DNA of 64,000 bases. It comes from Chrysomallon squamiferum. Lineage: Eukaryota > Animalia > Mollusca. Every line of letters starts with the position of its first letter. Positions within the stretch are counted from its first letter, which is position 1. The stretch spans positions 10,540,001 through 10,604,000 of the forward strand of contig CM022676.1 of NCBI GenBank assembly GCA_012295275.1, in the 5' to 3' direction. Under the pieces are notes generated by a model, which saw nothing but the letters and a program-made list of their open reading frames with translations, was not told the origin of the DNA and did no database searches. Of the stretch, positions 38,682 through 54,800 are shown piece after piece. The position numbers were made by a program, and so were the translations under genes.

Positions 38682-39633
38682 ATCTAGATCTATTAATATT
38701 TTCTACTGACTATTTAACAAAATTTATTGTTTTTGTTTAAAACTGTCTAACTAGACAAGCAACAAACAATAAAAATGTCTTCCTACACTGTTTATGTAAA
38801 ATTGCACACTATTTAATCATTTCCCTTTTACCTAACCTTTAACAGTCTTGAACTATTTCATTATTGATTACTTTAAGTGTTTTTTTTGTGTTTTTTTTAC
38901 TATTTATAATACTCTCTATTTATTTCAGTGTTTAACCCACTTTAACAACTTTCAAACTCAAACCTACTGCATTTTTTATTTACTCCATCTACTTTTGAAA
39001 TGTTCCATTAATTTCCTCTATTTACTTTCAGTAATCTTTCATTTATTTATCATTTATCCTTCGTACTTATGGACTATTACATTATTTCCCCTTAGCTTTG
39101 CTCCACAATTTGGAAATATTTATATTTATTCCCTATCCGCCCACCATTTCTATTTTTATGCCTGATTATTTACGGGTTTTCCCCAGTGTCTAATTATAGT
39201 ATAATTGTTTCTTAAAGCTACACTATTAATTAGTCTTACTAATTTGCCATTGTTCTGTCTATTAAAGCAACTAGATTTGAATTTAACAAAAATCCCAGAT
39301 AATTATGCAAATTAAATACCATAAGTCATGCTAATTTATGTAATCAAATGAAAATTAAAAACTGAAGTATGCTAAAAGGCAAGCACCAAACTGAAAAGTA
39401 ATATTGCATTATCCAATGCTGTTATGATTAAAAATGCCAAAACTATCAAAGCAGAAATAAAAATGTATTAAAGAAAAATAATAGTCATAATAAAAAAATT
39501 AAAATAAAGTTCAAAATATATTAAAAACATTAAAATAATCAGCATATAAATAAATTAAAAAAAAAATCTAATCATTATTAAAATTATTTTAGTTTACATT
39601 TCAAGCAATTTGTCAGCAAATTATTATTTAAAA

Positions 39634-39666
<33 letters not shown>

Positions 39667-41107
39667 ATTATAGAAAAACTTTTGCTGGCACTTGAAATGT
39701 CAAAATTTGTTTTCATATTTTAAATGAAATTAAAAACAAATCACAAAAAATTATATTAAATTATCTGTAATTTTGTGTTTAATATATTCTTATTTATTAC
39801 TTCTTTTTTTTTTAAAGTGTAATAAAATAAAAATAAATAAGAAAAAAATAAATAGTCAGTAAGAATTTATCTAAATATAATTATTTAAGAAATAAAATAT
39901 ATAAGAAACTATCAGAATTATTTTTTAGTTTAAACAAGACTACTCCTTAAAGTTTTATTTAATAAATAAATAAATAAATAAATAATTATAATAAAGAAAA
40001 CAGATAAAATATGCAGCCATGCAGTGACTAAAGCCATGTGTCAAATTTAAAAATAAACTCAAAATAACAAAATAAACCAAATAACTGTTAGAAAATAATT
40101 TTTAAAAACTATCGGCTATTTATAAAATAATAAATAAATTTCAGAATAAAAAATTAGCAAAATTTAAAGTATAATATGCTTAAGAAATGAGAAAAAATAA
40201 AAAATAAAAAAAATAAAAAATAAAAAATTATAAGCAGAAAACAAAGTCTATAGGTAATAATAATAAAAATACTATGTGCCCAGTTTCAAACCACTGATAA
40301 ATGTGATTATTTCAAAAATAATTTAAGAATAATATTAAAACGTAACACCACCTTTAATATTAAGGATAAAGAGAGAACCCTAAAAGTTAAACAATAAATT
40401 TAAAAGAGAAATGTTAAATAAATATATTACAAAAACGAAACCTGATCACTGGAAACGTAATAATAAAACCCGAAACAGGCCCCTCAACCTCTTACCCACT
40501 AAATTATTAATGTAGTTATAAATATGTAGGTATGTGTGTATACATTTCTGTAATTTTTGAGTGCATGCATGGTTTTATGTATGTGTATATATACTTTCTT
40601 AGCAAGACTGAGTTGTATAAAAATTAATGAAAATAAAATTAAAGTAGGTTTTAAACTCAAACAGGGATACACATAATCAGTAACGCATTTGTCTAAATTC
40701 ATTCATGAAAATTAAAAAAAAAAACTTCAATTCTAACATTCTCAGGATGAGGATAGAAAATAACAACAGACTTTTGTATTTAAATTAAAAACAGGCAGTA
40801 AAAAGGGATAGGTAATTAAAAAATAAAATTTAACTAGATTAAAAATACTCAGTTAATCATTAGAAATTAAATTCTGTATGTGTAACTAGTTAAATAAAGA
40901 AATTATTCATAACTTATATATGCAAAAAAACTTAAATTGTAGTTTTAACAACTTTATCTAATATTAAGATTTAATAATAAATAAATATTATTATTATTAT
41001 TAGAACTCAAACATAACAAACCATTCTTCAACATATGAAATAAAAAGCTAAATTTATACCATTAAAAGCTGCATTGAGATAATACTGATTATATATTAGC
41101 TATATTT

Positions 41108-41150
<43 letters not shown>

Positions 41151-41723
41151 GTAATAATAATAGTAATAGTAATAGTAATAATAGTAATAATTATATATAA
41201 ACTATTACTAAAAAATGATATAAAATTACCCATAGGTGAAAAAACAGGTTCGGCCATGTTGGTTACAGGGTTAGAGATGTCAACTTCGTCAGGCTGTATG
41301 AGATGTTGCTCAGCTTCAGAAACCTGGTAGACATCAGCCACTTCGGCATTGTTAACTGACCCCAGGCCAGTTGGACGAGCTGAGTCTGGTTTAGGTTCCA
41401 CTGTCCGAGGCTCGGCCTTCTGACTGACCGGTTCTCTGAAATAAATAAATAGATAAATAGATAAATAAATACATAAATAGATAAATAAATACATAAATAG
41501 ATAAATAAATAAATAGATAAATAAATAAATAAATAGATAAATAAATAAATAAAATATAAATAGATAAATAAACAGATAAATAGATAAAAATAAACGAATA
41601 AAAAAAAAAATAAATAAAAAAATAAAATAAAATAAAAATATAAATAAATAAATAATTAAATAGTTAGACAAATGGATAAATAAATAAATGAATAAAAGAT
41701 AAACAGATAAATAATTAAACTAA

Positions 41724-41760
<37 letters not shown>

Positions 41761-43057
41761 AAATAAACAAATAAACAAAGAAATAAATTAATGTTTTTGT
41801 CCAGCTAAAGCTGATCATGTGACTGATTTTCTTAGGCAGGGATGTACTGGACAGACTTATTTACGTTCCAATCTAGTTACAGACAATCACATGACAGTAG
41901 CTGTTTTCAGACACCGATATACAAACAGACATACTTTCATTAAAATCAAGTTATAACTGGTTACACGAGAATGATTTCCTTGGATTTGGATAAAGGGGCT
42001 ACAGACAGAGACAGACCGACAGAGACACGACAGACAGAGACCGACAGACAGAGACCGACAGACAGACCGACAGACAGACAGGCAGACAGACAGACAGACT
42101 TACTTGTGTTTAGTTATGGTGGATCGAATCAGGGTGATTTCCTCGGTCTGTGTTGTTGGCCGCATGTTGCTAATGGAGGGAAAGTTCGAATTCTGCTTCT
42201 TGTGTTCATCTACGAGGTCATTGATATGTTTTAACCATCTGAGAAAACAAAATGAAATTACAGTTACGTAAAGTAATGTAAAGTTACATAAAGTAATGTA
42301 AAGTTATATAAAAATAACGTAAATGCTATATAAAGTGACGTAAAGTTACAACAAGTAATGTAAAAGTTACATACAGTAACGTAAATATCACATAAAGTAA
42401 TGTAAAGTTACATGAAATAATGTAAAGGATACATAAAGTAACATGAAAGTTAGATAAAGTAAACTTACGTAAAGTAATATAAAGTAACACAAAGTAATGT
42501 AAAGCTACATAAAATAATGCAAAGTTACATAAAATAACTAAAAATACATAAAACAATGTAAAGTTATGTAAAGTAGGATAAAAGTTACATAAAGTAACGT
42601 AACGTTGCATAAAGTAACCACGTCACAGTTCACTGCTTAATCTTGAATCATATGAAATAAAATACACTTAAGACTTGTTTTGATGTGATGGGGCACATTT
42701 TGGTTACTACAAATATTAACTAAGAAATACTCACTTTTTCCTTTGGTCCTGAGATTCAGCTACAAACTCATAAATTTGAGGTCCAATTGCAGATGTATTT
42801 ACAACAAAAAAGGCTTTTTTATCTGTAAAAATAAAATAAAAATATGTATCCATATTGTGATGACACAGAATATTGTGACAAGAGATGACTGAACTTAATG
42901 AGTCATTTAAAGGGTAGTAAAAGTTTGGAACGTTTTGCATAAACTTAATGTTTTGCTAAATCACTTTGTCTTATAATTTAATATCTGAAAATTGGCTTTA
43001 TAAGTTATTAATTTATATTTGTTAGATACAGTTTTATTCCTTTCTTTTCTCTGCTTA

Positions 43058-43111
<54 letters not shown>

Positions 43112-44246
43112 CAAAAATGAAAAATACAAGAAAATGAAACTGAATCTGTTAAATACATTTTCATTCTTCATATTTCGTTGTTTGTTTTGTATTTTAAATA
43201 CTGGTCTTGGTCCGGGAAAAAAATGGCATTATAAGTGTATAAATTTATATCAAACTTTAAATACACTTTCTTTCTTTAATTTTAAGTGTTTATTTTATAG
43301 TTTATAAATCTATATATATTTGGTCCAGAAAACTGAATCGTATCAAGTCTGAAGCTTGCCAGATAAACATTCCGGCACATGTGTTAAATTTCAAAAACTG
43401 AAAATTGGGCTTCATCCAGAGATCTGTGTTCCCCCCCTGCCCCCAGACCCTAGCTTGCCAAGATGTACACTGTCAGGTACTACCTGTAATATGAATTCCA
43501 AACTGAAAACAGTAATGTTTTTCTTCATTTTTTTTTTTCATTTTTTTTAATTTTTTTTTTTTAACTTACCTACGGCGACATTTCGTGCTAACAGGTTTCT
43601 GATCTGCAACACGGGACTGTGGGTGTAGCTGTACTTCTCTTTGGTGTCCTTGCCGTCCCTGTCCTTCGTGTCCCCCCTCGCTGACAGGTTGATCTGACCC
43701 AGGACAAGCTTGTCGTCCTGTTTCTGCAGCAACACGAGGATGTCCTCGAACAGAAGCACGTGGACGTCCATGAGGCGATTCGGTCGCAGCCTCCACATCA
43801 GGTGATCGTCATGGACTAACTTGTGCTGAAGTAAGTCTAGTTTCTGTAAAAAAATAAATAAAAATAATAATAAATAATAAATAATAATAAATAATAATAA
43901 ATAATAATAAAAAATAATAAATAATAATAAATAATAATAAATAATAATAAAATGAACAGGACTAATTTGTGCTGAAATAAGTCTAGTTTCTGTAAAAAAA
44001 CAAAACAAACAAAATAAAATAAATGATATGATAATCAATATCAGTAATAATAATAATAATACTAATGATGATTATGCAGTAGTAGACGTAATAATAACAG
44101 TAACAGAAATAATAATAATACTAGCAATAATATTATAAATAAATATAAAAATACTAATAATGATAATACTATTAAATAAATACTTAAACACATGCATAAA
44201 TAGTAACAATAATAATAATAATAACAATAATAATAATAATAATAAC

Positions 44247-44305
<59 letters not shown>

Positions 44306-44857
44306 TAATAACAATAATAATAATAATAATAATAATAAATAATAATAATAATAAGAAAAAAAAGATACGCATACAGACACACACACACACAAATCAAAAA
44401 CAAACCGACAAATACGACAATTCTGCCAATCATTTCTTCATCATTTTACAACTCTCCCCCCTCCAAAAAAAACCCCACCCCACTGTCACACAAACACTTT
44501 ACACACCTTAAGCTCCTCTACGGCAGGGTCGTTGGAGTTTTCTATGGAACGTTTGTCGAGGCGTTTCTGCATGTCTTTGAGTCGGTGGTAGTTTTCACAT
44601 TCCTTCACAGCCTGGTTCACGTACGCCAGGATAGCTTTGCTCTTTTCTTGTGCTACTTTTAAGTGTTCATGCTTCTTCCGAGGAAGCTGTAATTAATTGT
44701 TTTGTTAAATAAGTTTAAAAAAAATATATATATATTTTAAATAAAGTGTTGCTTGTGGATCAGAAGTGTGTGTTAATAAACCATGGATAGCACATCTAAT
44801 GTTCACACAGTTGTGTACAGACACACACACCGATACACATACATACATACATATACA

Positions 44858-44934
<77 letters not shown>

Positions 44935-47117
44935 AACACACACACATCAAAAAGTAACTGAAGGAAAATATGTTTTAAAAAAAAATGCATTTTAGTTTTT
45001 TTTTTATTAATTAAAAATATTATACAGTATTTTATTCAAATGTAAAATATTAAAAAGCATTTAACTAAAATGTAAATACAGTTTATCAGAATGTAATACA
45101 CAGCAAACATTATCAAAATGTAAAATACATTTTAACAGTGAGTACTTCATTAAAATGAGTTTTGTTTTTAACTGTAAGTGTTTTATTAAAACCTGTAGAT
45201 TTAAAAATTTCACAACCCCAACACACACACACACACACACAGAGACACACAAAGACACACATACATAGGACTCATATTTTAAGAGCCAGTCTATAAGCAG
45301 GGTGTGTTGTATTAATACCTAACCTGACTATATTTTTAATATTTACTCTGAACACACTTACTTTGAGTGTATTTTAAGAGCTGGTCTATAAGAAGCGGGT
45401 ATTGTATTAATACATAACCTGTCACTTACTTTGAGTGTATTTTAACAGCTGGTCTATAAGAAGTGTGTGTTGTATTAATACATAACCTGTCACTTACTTT
45501 GAGTGTATTTTAACAGCTGGTCTATAAGAAGTGGGTATTTTGTGAGCCGCTGCATCTGTGTTGGAATCAGATTTTTGAGCTGGTCTATAAGAAGAGTGTG
45601 TTGTATTAATACATAACCTGTCCTCCTGTTTAAAGTGTATTTTAATAGCTGGTCTATAAGAATAGTAATAATAGTTAATAATAATAGTCAATAATAATTT
45701 GAGTGTATTTTAATAATGGTCTATAAGAAAGGGTATTGTAATAATACATAACCTGTAACAGTTTGAGTGTATTTTAACAGCTGGTCTATGAGAAGTAATA
45801 ATTTTGTGAGCAACAACATCTGTGTTAATCAAATCTTTGAGCTCAAATAAGAGTAGTAGTAATTCATAATAGCCTCCTGTTTAAAAAATAATAATAATAA
45901 TAGTAATAATAATAATAGTAATAATCTTAATAATAATAAAAAAAAAAAAAAAAAAAAATAATAATGAAACTAATAGGAAACCAAAATACCCATCTAATAG
46001 TAAAGTTTATCCTTGGTTCTAGTATTTAATCAATAAAAACATTAATAAAACAATGATAACAATAAACCAAACTTTTAGTAGTAACATCCATCATCATAAT
46101 AAGAATTGATAAATATTGCTGTAATTTTTATTTAAACGTCCTGATTCAAAAAAAAAAAAAAAAACAAAAAAAAAAGAGAAATAACAAGACCAGTGTCCCA
46201 TTAAGGAACTGGGAAAGTCTTTATCCTTGGTTCTGTTTTTTATCACTAAAAAAGTTTGGTTTCGAAAAACTCACATCAACCTTGTCTGAACTTTTCCCTG
46301 CCTCTATAAAACATCCAACCAATTTTGAAATTTTTAAAATTGCTGTAATTTTTCTAAGTAAACTGAAACCAGTTTTTAAATAAACAAATAACAACAACAA
46401 CAACAAACTGAAACCAGTTTTAAATATTTAAATAAAATTCAGTCTAAGTCCCAACTGAAACCAATTTTTAAAATACTTTAAATGAAATTTGGTTTAAGTG
46501 AACTGAAATTAATTTTTTAAAATACTTTAAATGAAATTCCCCTGTCTAAGTGAAACTGAAATTAATTTTTAAAATATTTTAAATAAAATTCAGTCTAAGT
46601 GAACTGAAATTAATTTTTAAAATACTTTAAATAAAATTCAGTCTAAGTGAACTGAAATTAATTTTTAAAATATTTAAAATAAAATTCAGTCTAAGTGAAC
46701 TGAAATTAATTTTTAAAAATTTTAAATAAAATTCAGTCTAAGTAAACTGAAATTAATTTTTAAAATGTTTAAATGAAATTCAGTCTAAGTAAATTTTTTT
46801 TAAAATGTTTAAATAAAATTCAGTCTAAGTAAACTGAAATTAATACAAAAAAAAAAACATGTTTAAAAGAAATGCTGGCTATTGGCTTGTTACTGTGAAT
46901 TATGAAATTACGATATTGCTAATAAAAAAATAAAAATAAAAATTGCAAAAAAAGAGAGAGAAAAGAAAGTAAATTAAAAATATGGCTAAAGTAAATAAAC
47001 AAATAAAATAAATGAATTAATAAAATAAATGTAATAAAATAAAATAAATGTAAAAAAATAAAATAAAACACCAGAAATGAAATGAAACAAAACAAAACAA
47101 AACAAAACAAAATAAAA

Positions 47118-47148
<31 letters not shown>

Positions 47149-50131
47149 ATATTCGGACAGAATTATAATTAAATGAACAATGATATATAAAAGACACACA
47201 ATAAATAAACAAATAAATTATACACATATTAATAACAATAACAATAACAATAATAATAACAATTCACACTGAAACTTACTCGTCTTAATAAAATATCTCC
47301 AACTTGATCAACCACAGGATTTTCTTTTCTTCGCTTTTTCATTTCATTGTTCATACTGCCTGTAATAGTTAAACAAAACATCATTGTATTTCTCTCTGTC
47401 TTTTTCTTCTCCTCTCTCTAACTGTCTGTCTGTCTGTCCACATCTATGTATGAGTATGTTTGCATGAACATGTGGGTATCTATAAGGTTCTATATCTGTA
47501 TGTGTGAGGACAGCTATTTACTATTTAAATTAAATTAAAAACATGCCTGTGTCTCTGTGTGTGTCTAAATCAGTGGACAGCTATAAAGTTAAATTAACCA
47601 TCAATCTCATAAATATTAAATCGATTAAGATAATTAACAACGTTTTAATTAATCGTCGACACATATTCAGTCTCTAACTGAATTATTAATAAAATTAACC
47701 GGTTAAAATGTGTTTTATAAGCTATGTATTAATCACAGCAAAAAAAAAAATCACTGTATTTTAACAATATAGAATACCAAAATGATAAATTATAAATACT
47801 AGAATTTAATTATAATTCTTCTTACATTAAAAAAAGACATATCAGGCCATTGTTAGTAAGTGTAATATTGCTCAATTCAAAAAATGATCGTCATCAAGTG
47901 ATATATCATTCAGATAAAAAAAAACAAAAAACCAAAAAAAAACCAGGTATTGTTATTAAGTTACAACCAATGCAATTTTAAGGTTTTTTTTAATCTAGAT
48001 ATAAAAGGCGTGTGTTACTCACAGTGAAAGACAATCATTTGATCTAGATTGGGAAATAACGCCTTGGCCAGTTCAGACGTCACTCCACCTTCCGCAATCA
48101 TCAGTCGATGAAACAAACGGTCAAGAATTTTTAAATTTCTCACATGGGCTCTTTCAGTGTAAAACAGTTCTGAGAAAAATAAAAACACACATATATATAT
48201 ATTACCAATTATGGTCATTATAGTTATTTTATTATTATCATTATTATTGTTGATATTATTGTTGTTATTATTATTATTGCTATTGTGATTGTTTATTATT
48301 TTTGATATTGTTATTATTTATTATTAACAGTATTATTATTATTATTAAAATTATCATTGCTGTTATTGTTATTCTTGCTTTTATTATAACTCACATTTAT
48401 TACTGTTGTTATAATATTTTAGTTATCGTAATTATTATTACTATTATTTTTGCTGTTTTTGAAATTATTATTGCTACTTCTGTTACAACATTTTTTCCAT
48501 TATTGCTGTTATTGTTAGTTTATTTATTGGTATTGTTTTTAATATTATTATTAGAAGTAGTAATACTTTAACTTTTTGTTGTTATTAAAATTAACATCAT
48601 CATCATCATCATGTTGTTACTGCCACCTTTATCATCATTGTCATTATTATTATTTTCATCATCTTTATCATCATCATCTTTGTTATTTTTATTATTATTG
48701 CGAGTGATGACATCATCATCATCATCATCAGAAATGACCTGACAAAAAAACTGTTATTACCATTAAGCACTTCCTGCCTCTTCTTCTCTTTTGGTTTCAG
48801 TTTTTTTATCACATCCTCACCCAGCACTGTTTTCAAGGGAGGCAACTCTGTGTCAACTTCGAAATCAGAGTCAGCAGTTATCTCGTTCATGGTTTCCTGA
48901 AGCGAGTTTGGACTCTCCAAGCTTCTAAGATGAAAAGAAAATCTACTGTAACAGTGGACTCAGCTGAGGGAATGTACACGAACCATGAGTAACTGAATAC
49001 ATATTAAATAATTAAGTAAATAAATAAATAAATAAATAAATAAAATAAATAAGTTAGTAAATAAACAAAATAATAGATTTCAATCCAATTTTTTTCTTTG
49101 GAAATGTGCAGAAATTATCTAAATTTGAAAGCTAATCACCGATTGGACAGACTGGAAGTGGAAGAGCTTCCTGATTGGTTGAGAGCTTTGACAGTGTTGT
49201 CATCCATTTCAACATCACTGAAACGAGAAAGAGAAGAAAATCTCACAAATAAACTAAACTTGATCAGTATTATTTATTGTATTACCATATAAACACATAG
49301 ATATACTGATAAACAATATATATATATAAACAATATTTTATTTAGTTTTAATATTTTCTGTGAGTTTTCAGTGTAAGAATAGTCTTATCAGATTATTCAG
49401 TATTTGTAACAAGTCAAAGAACAAACAAACAAAACCACTGACCTCTTTGCTCTTCTTGTTGGACGGTCAGTTTTCTAAATAAAAAAAAGACAAATAAATA
49501 AATAAATAAATAAATAAAAAAATAATAATAACAACCACCACCACAACAATAAATATATATATATATGTCTTTTTTTCCCCATATCAAATCTAATTCAAAT
49601 AAATTCTTGCTCTCATGAATATTTTCTTTTTTTTTTTTTTTTTTTTTCCCCCTTTTCTTTCACTTTATGAAAACTTGTTCAAATCTTGAAAAATATGAAT
49701 TCTAAGTTAAATTTTGAACAAGTTTATTCTTTACTCAGGAAAATTATTCACTAACAAAAAATACCAAAAAGAAATTTTTGAATGATTAAAAGATGATTTG
49801 TGCTTCAGTGTTCATCATTACTGTAACAAACGTACCTCTCCCCTGCCTTTCATACTCTCCGATCTTCCCAAATCTTTACTGAAAGAATGAAAAAAGACGA
49901 AGATGTATTACTGACAGGCAGCATAGTACAAAGCTAAAATAAAATACATAAACAATAAATAAATAAATATACATATGTGTATGCAGAATGATGAAAATAT
50001 ATTACTGTTAAACAAGACAGTATGAGGCTGAAATAAAATAAAATAAAATAAAATAAATATATGTGTATGCATGTGTCTATGTGACAGTGTGTTATTTTAT
50101 ACATGTACATATATATATTTGTGTGTGTGTG

Positions 50132-50163
<32 letters not shown>

Positions 50164-50300
50164 CGTGTTTAAAAAAAGGTATTCAAAACAGAAATAAAAG
50201 GTATTTAATAAAAGGAAAAAAGATGAAAAAAAAAAAATGAAAGTAGTAGTAGAACTGCAGAAGTAATTTTAATAATATTAATACTAAAAATAAATAAATA

Positions 50301-50365
<65 letters not shown>

Positions 50366-51861
50366 ATAATAATAACAACAACAACAACAACAATTTTTTT
50401 CTTTTTTTTTTAAATTTAAACACTGCCACCAACCTCAACTGGGGGAAGTCCATGCTTTTGTCAGCGGTCATCTTTTCGGGTGGACCGTCCTTCTCGTAGC
50501 GGTCGATGATGCTCTTGACTGAGTGACCAGGAGGCAGGCCAGCTATTTTGGAAAGTATGACGTCTGCAGTGAGGTATGGAAGGACATATACAAACATGAA
50601 AGCCAACACCACATGCCAAGCGACACAACAAAGCAGGGGCCAGCAATAATCACAATTAGGGTGTAGAAGTGTGGGTGTGTCTGGGTGTGTGTGTGTGTGA
50701 GTGTGTGTGTGTTTTGTTTTAAGTAATTAAAAAATACAAAAAGAGTTAATTTTACAAATTTTTAATTAACGTTTAATTTGGATAAGATTTCGATACTATT
50801 CTGATTTATTAATATATGATTAATTCTTTTTTTTTTTACTCTTTATTAAAATTATGTGATGGTATAGTTTCTGGTATGTAACAAAAATTATTCAAATGTT
50901 CATGTTTAAATTGATGTTTTGCTTCTTATTATATTATTGCAAATTTTCAGATATTTTAAAATCTATTTTATTTATTAACAACATTAAAATATATTACTGC
51001 TGGCCCATCAAAATTATCACATGCATTAAATATTACAAATAATATACACAAAGGTGTTTCCTGGATATTACACTTACATATTTACTCAGTTACTCATTCT
51101 TCACTACTTAAATGTTGCTCATTTATACGTATCAAATTCTGATACAAGAATTTTGATTAATAAATAAAAACAGGTAGAAGATATCCAGAAAACACAAAGA
51201 TATATCAGGAAAACAGTTAACTTAAAATGTGAGACTTAAAGAAGAACTCTGTTAGAAAAGTGTTGTATGCAAATAAATATTACTTATATGTGTGTGTGTG
51301 TGACCCATTGCACAGAATCATGTCTTAAGTCATGTTTTTAACTCAATAAGCTTTTGTTTTTGATGCATCATATATCTGTGTATCATAATGCATTCTGTCT
51401 TATTCTCAGAAAATAAAGGCATCTAGTAAATAACTGTATTAATAAAAGTACTCTAAAAAAAAAAACCTTAGGATTAATATCTATTGATTTTATCACTGGA
51501 TCAAAGAGATAAGGCTTGCATAAAGACATTTTTTAAACAAATTATCAAAATAAAAATATTTGGTTTTGTGACTCGATTCAGTGTGATGGGTCACATATTC
51601 ATTATGAATGACTCTCTAGGATCTTAATTGTTGTAAATAAAACTTTAAATTGAAACTTAATTAAAGTAATTTGAGATATGTAGGATTTTACTTACTTACT
51701 TACTTACTAATTTGAGATATGTAGGAATTTTACTTACTTACTTACTTACTTACTTATTTATTTATTTATTTATTTATTTATTTCATATTTTCTATTTACA
51801 AATGGAAACAAATGTTTTCTTATAGATTTCCAGAAGGCAAAATATTAATAATAATAATAAC

Positions 51862-51893
<32 letters not shown>

Positions 51894-54800
51894 CAACAAC
51901 TACAAATAATAATAATAATAACAATAATAAATAATAAAAACAGTAACAACAAAAACAACAATAATAATAACAATAACAATGATTAAATAACAACACTAAC
52001 AAAAACACTTTGATATTTCAGGGGAAAATAAGTACATAAATAATAATTGTAAAAATAATGAGTGCAGAAGAAGGGTTGAAAATATGTTTTACAAAAAACG
52101 GCAACATAAGCTATAATTCTGCAGCTTGGGATTATAATACTTATAGATTATTAAAAAAAAATTTGTGTCAGTACAACATTAAATACAGCCTGTTTGTGTA
52201 ATATGTAAAACTAATATGTAAATACATATATAGATTACAGATTATAGATTATATTAGCAACTTGTTAATTACAATTCACTGATTAATAAGATTAATATAC
52301 AAAGATGGCTTATAATAAATAACATATAAATTCTCATGAATATTTAATAAATAAATTGCTAAACAATGAAATAACATAATAAAAAAATCATTTTATACTA
52401 AGTAAGGTTTTACAAGGAAAGAAAAAAATTATCTTTTATTTCAAATTATAAAAATTAAATTTTAAAATATTATTCTTTACCATTATTTTATCCAAATACT
52501 TTACACTAGAAACACCATTATGTTATGGAAACACAGGAAAATATTTCTTAAACTTAACAAAATTTTATAAAATATACTTTACTTCTGTTTTATCAAAATC
52601 TTTTATGCATCAAATGAAGCATACAGAAATATATCTTTTACTTCAGAATTTAAAATAAATAACAGTAATATCATTCAGAAATACTATTTTATCAAAATCG
52701 TTTAAGCAAGAAACAAAGTAAAGTTTGATAAACAATGAAAAATAAAGTGTTATGCTTGAAGTTTTCTACCACTATCACACAGACTGCAAACCAGATACAG
52801 AAAGAAAAAAAACGTGTATCTTATGCTTAAGGAATATTTAAAAGATCACTTGCTACTGCTCTATCAAAATCCTTTAAGTTGTCTTATACTAGTCTAGATT
52901 TCAAAATGCAATTTTCAATATGAATTACTTTAATCGATAAAAATTAAATACACAAACTGTGTGTGTGTATGTATATATATATATATTTAACACATACATA
53001 CACACACACATATACATACACAAGCATATACAATAGCATAAATATAACAAGACCCAGTGTCATTCTAATTCTCTTTTAAATAAAATATTTTTCTCTAAAA
53101 TGATAAGCACCATAAGGGGACTTGATTTCACAATGGTAAACTCAGTAAAAGAAAGAACCAGTCAGAAAACAAAGCCTCTTTAAGATGTCTCTAAAGAGGT
53201 GTGTTTTACAGAAAATGTTTCAACCTGTGATAAAGTCAAATGTTTTATTCAGTAACTTAAACACATCTAAACCGATGAGCTGAATGACAACCGAATGTTT
53301 CAACCAACAACAGTTAGTATTCTAATGATGAATGAGTACTTTGGTTCATTAAACCAAATGTTTCAACCAATAACCAATGAATGTTTTAATCACTGACAAC
53401 TGAATGTTTCAACCAACAACTGTTGTTATTTCTACTGATGTCTGAATTTTTCAATCTACAAAACTGAATGTTTCAACCAAAATGTTTCAAGTGAAGAGAA
53501 AGTTAATATTTGAAACAAAGATCACAAACATTTCAACAAATGAATCTTTTTAACAACCTACAACATGTTTTAACCAATAACACGTGAATCTTTCAACCAA
53601 TGAAAGTTAATACACTAATGATGTCTGAACATTTCAACCTATAAAAACTGAATATTTTAACCAATAACTAGGAAATTCTTTTTAATTAAAAAACAAATGT
53701 TTTAACCAATTAACACATGAATGTTTCAACCAATTTCAACATAATGTTTCAACTAACAACAGTCAATGAACATTTTAACCCACATAACTGAATATTTCAA
53801 CAATAACGGGAATTTTTTTTAAACAAAAAACAGAACAAATATTTCAACCACTGACAATTGAATTTTAATATTCTGATGACAACTGAATATTTTAACCCAC
53901 AGAATTATATTTTCTTAACCAACAACAAGCGAATATTTCAACCCAGGAAACGGAATATTTCGACCAGTAACGACTGAACGTCGTTGAGAAAAAGGATGAC
54001 ACTGTTGCTATGGCGACACTTACCAAGATCGGACTGTTCGTCTGGACTTCTGAATGGCTGTGTCTGGATGGTGACCTCAGGTTTGACCTCGCCAGCATCG
54101 ATGATGGCTTCCTGCACTATAATAGATGAAAGCCCTGTCAGTACAGACAGGTTAATGTTTGTTAGTGAGTGAGTCAACAACAGCATGCGCAACATGCAAT
54201 GAAAAGTCAACAGCAACGATGTAACAAAGGTAGATTAAGTGTTATTAAATACAGAAGGGGGTGAGAAGGTAATGGGAAAATGGGGGTATAATAATAATAA
54301 TTAATTAATTAATCAAATTAATTAATAAAATGTTAGGGAAAAATTGTGAATGAGAAAAAGCTATGAAGCTTCTGATATTTACAGTAAAGGCAGACAACTG
54401 AATTAATATTTTAAATTTATTATTGTTTTATTAGAAAGTTTAACAGTATATTTAAATAAAAATTAATAAACTGTAGCTGTAAAGAAAAGGTGAGAGGTAA
54501 ATTAATATTTTTATGATTTTAATTAATTAATTAATTAATAATAATTATTATTATTTTAATCTAAAAAATAAAACATTACTGAAAGGATCCCCAAAAATTA
54601 CAAAAATTAATTTAAATACTCTCAAAATGATAATTATTTAAATGTTAAAATTGCTGAAATCTGAAAATAACGTCTTTTAAAAATGGTGGTAAATGGTTGC
54701 ACATCCAACAATAATTAAACACAAAAATATATGTTTTTAGCCTTTTTAAAGTTATTTATTTTAAAACATATCTGCATGTGTGATTTATAAATATACAGTT

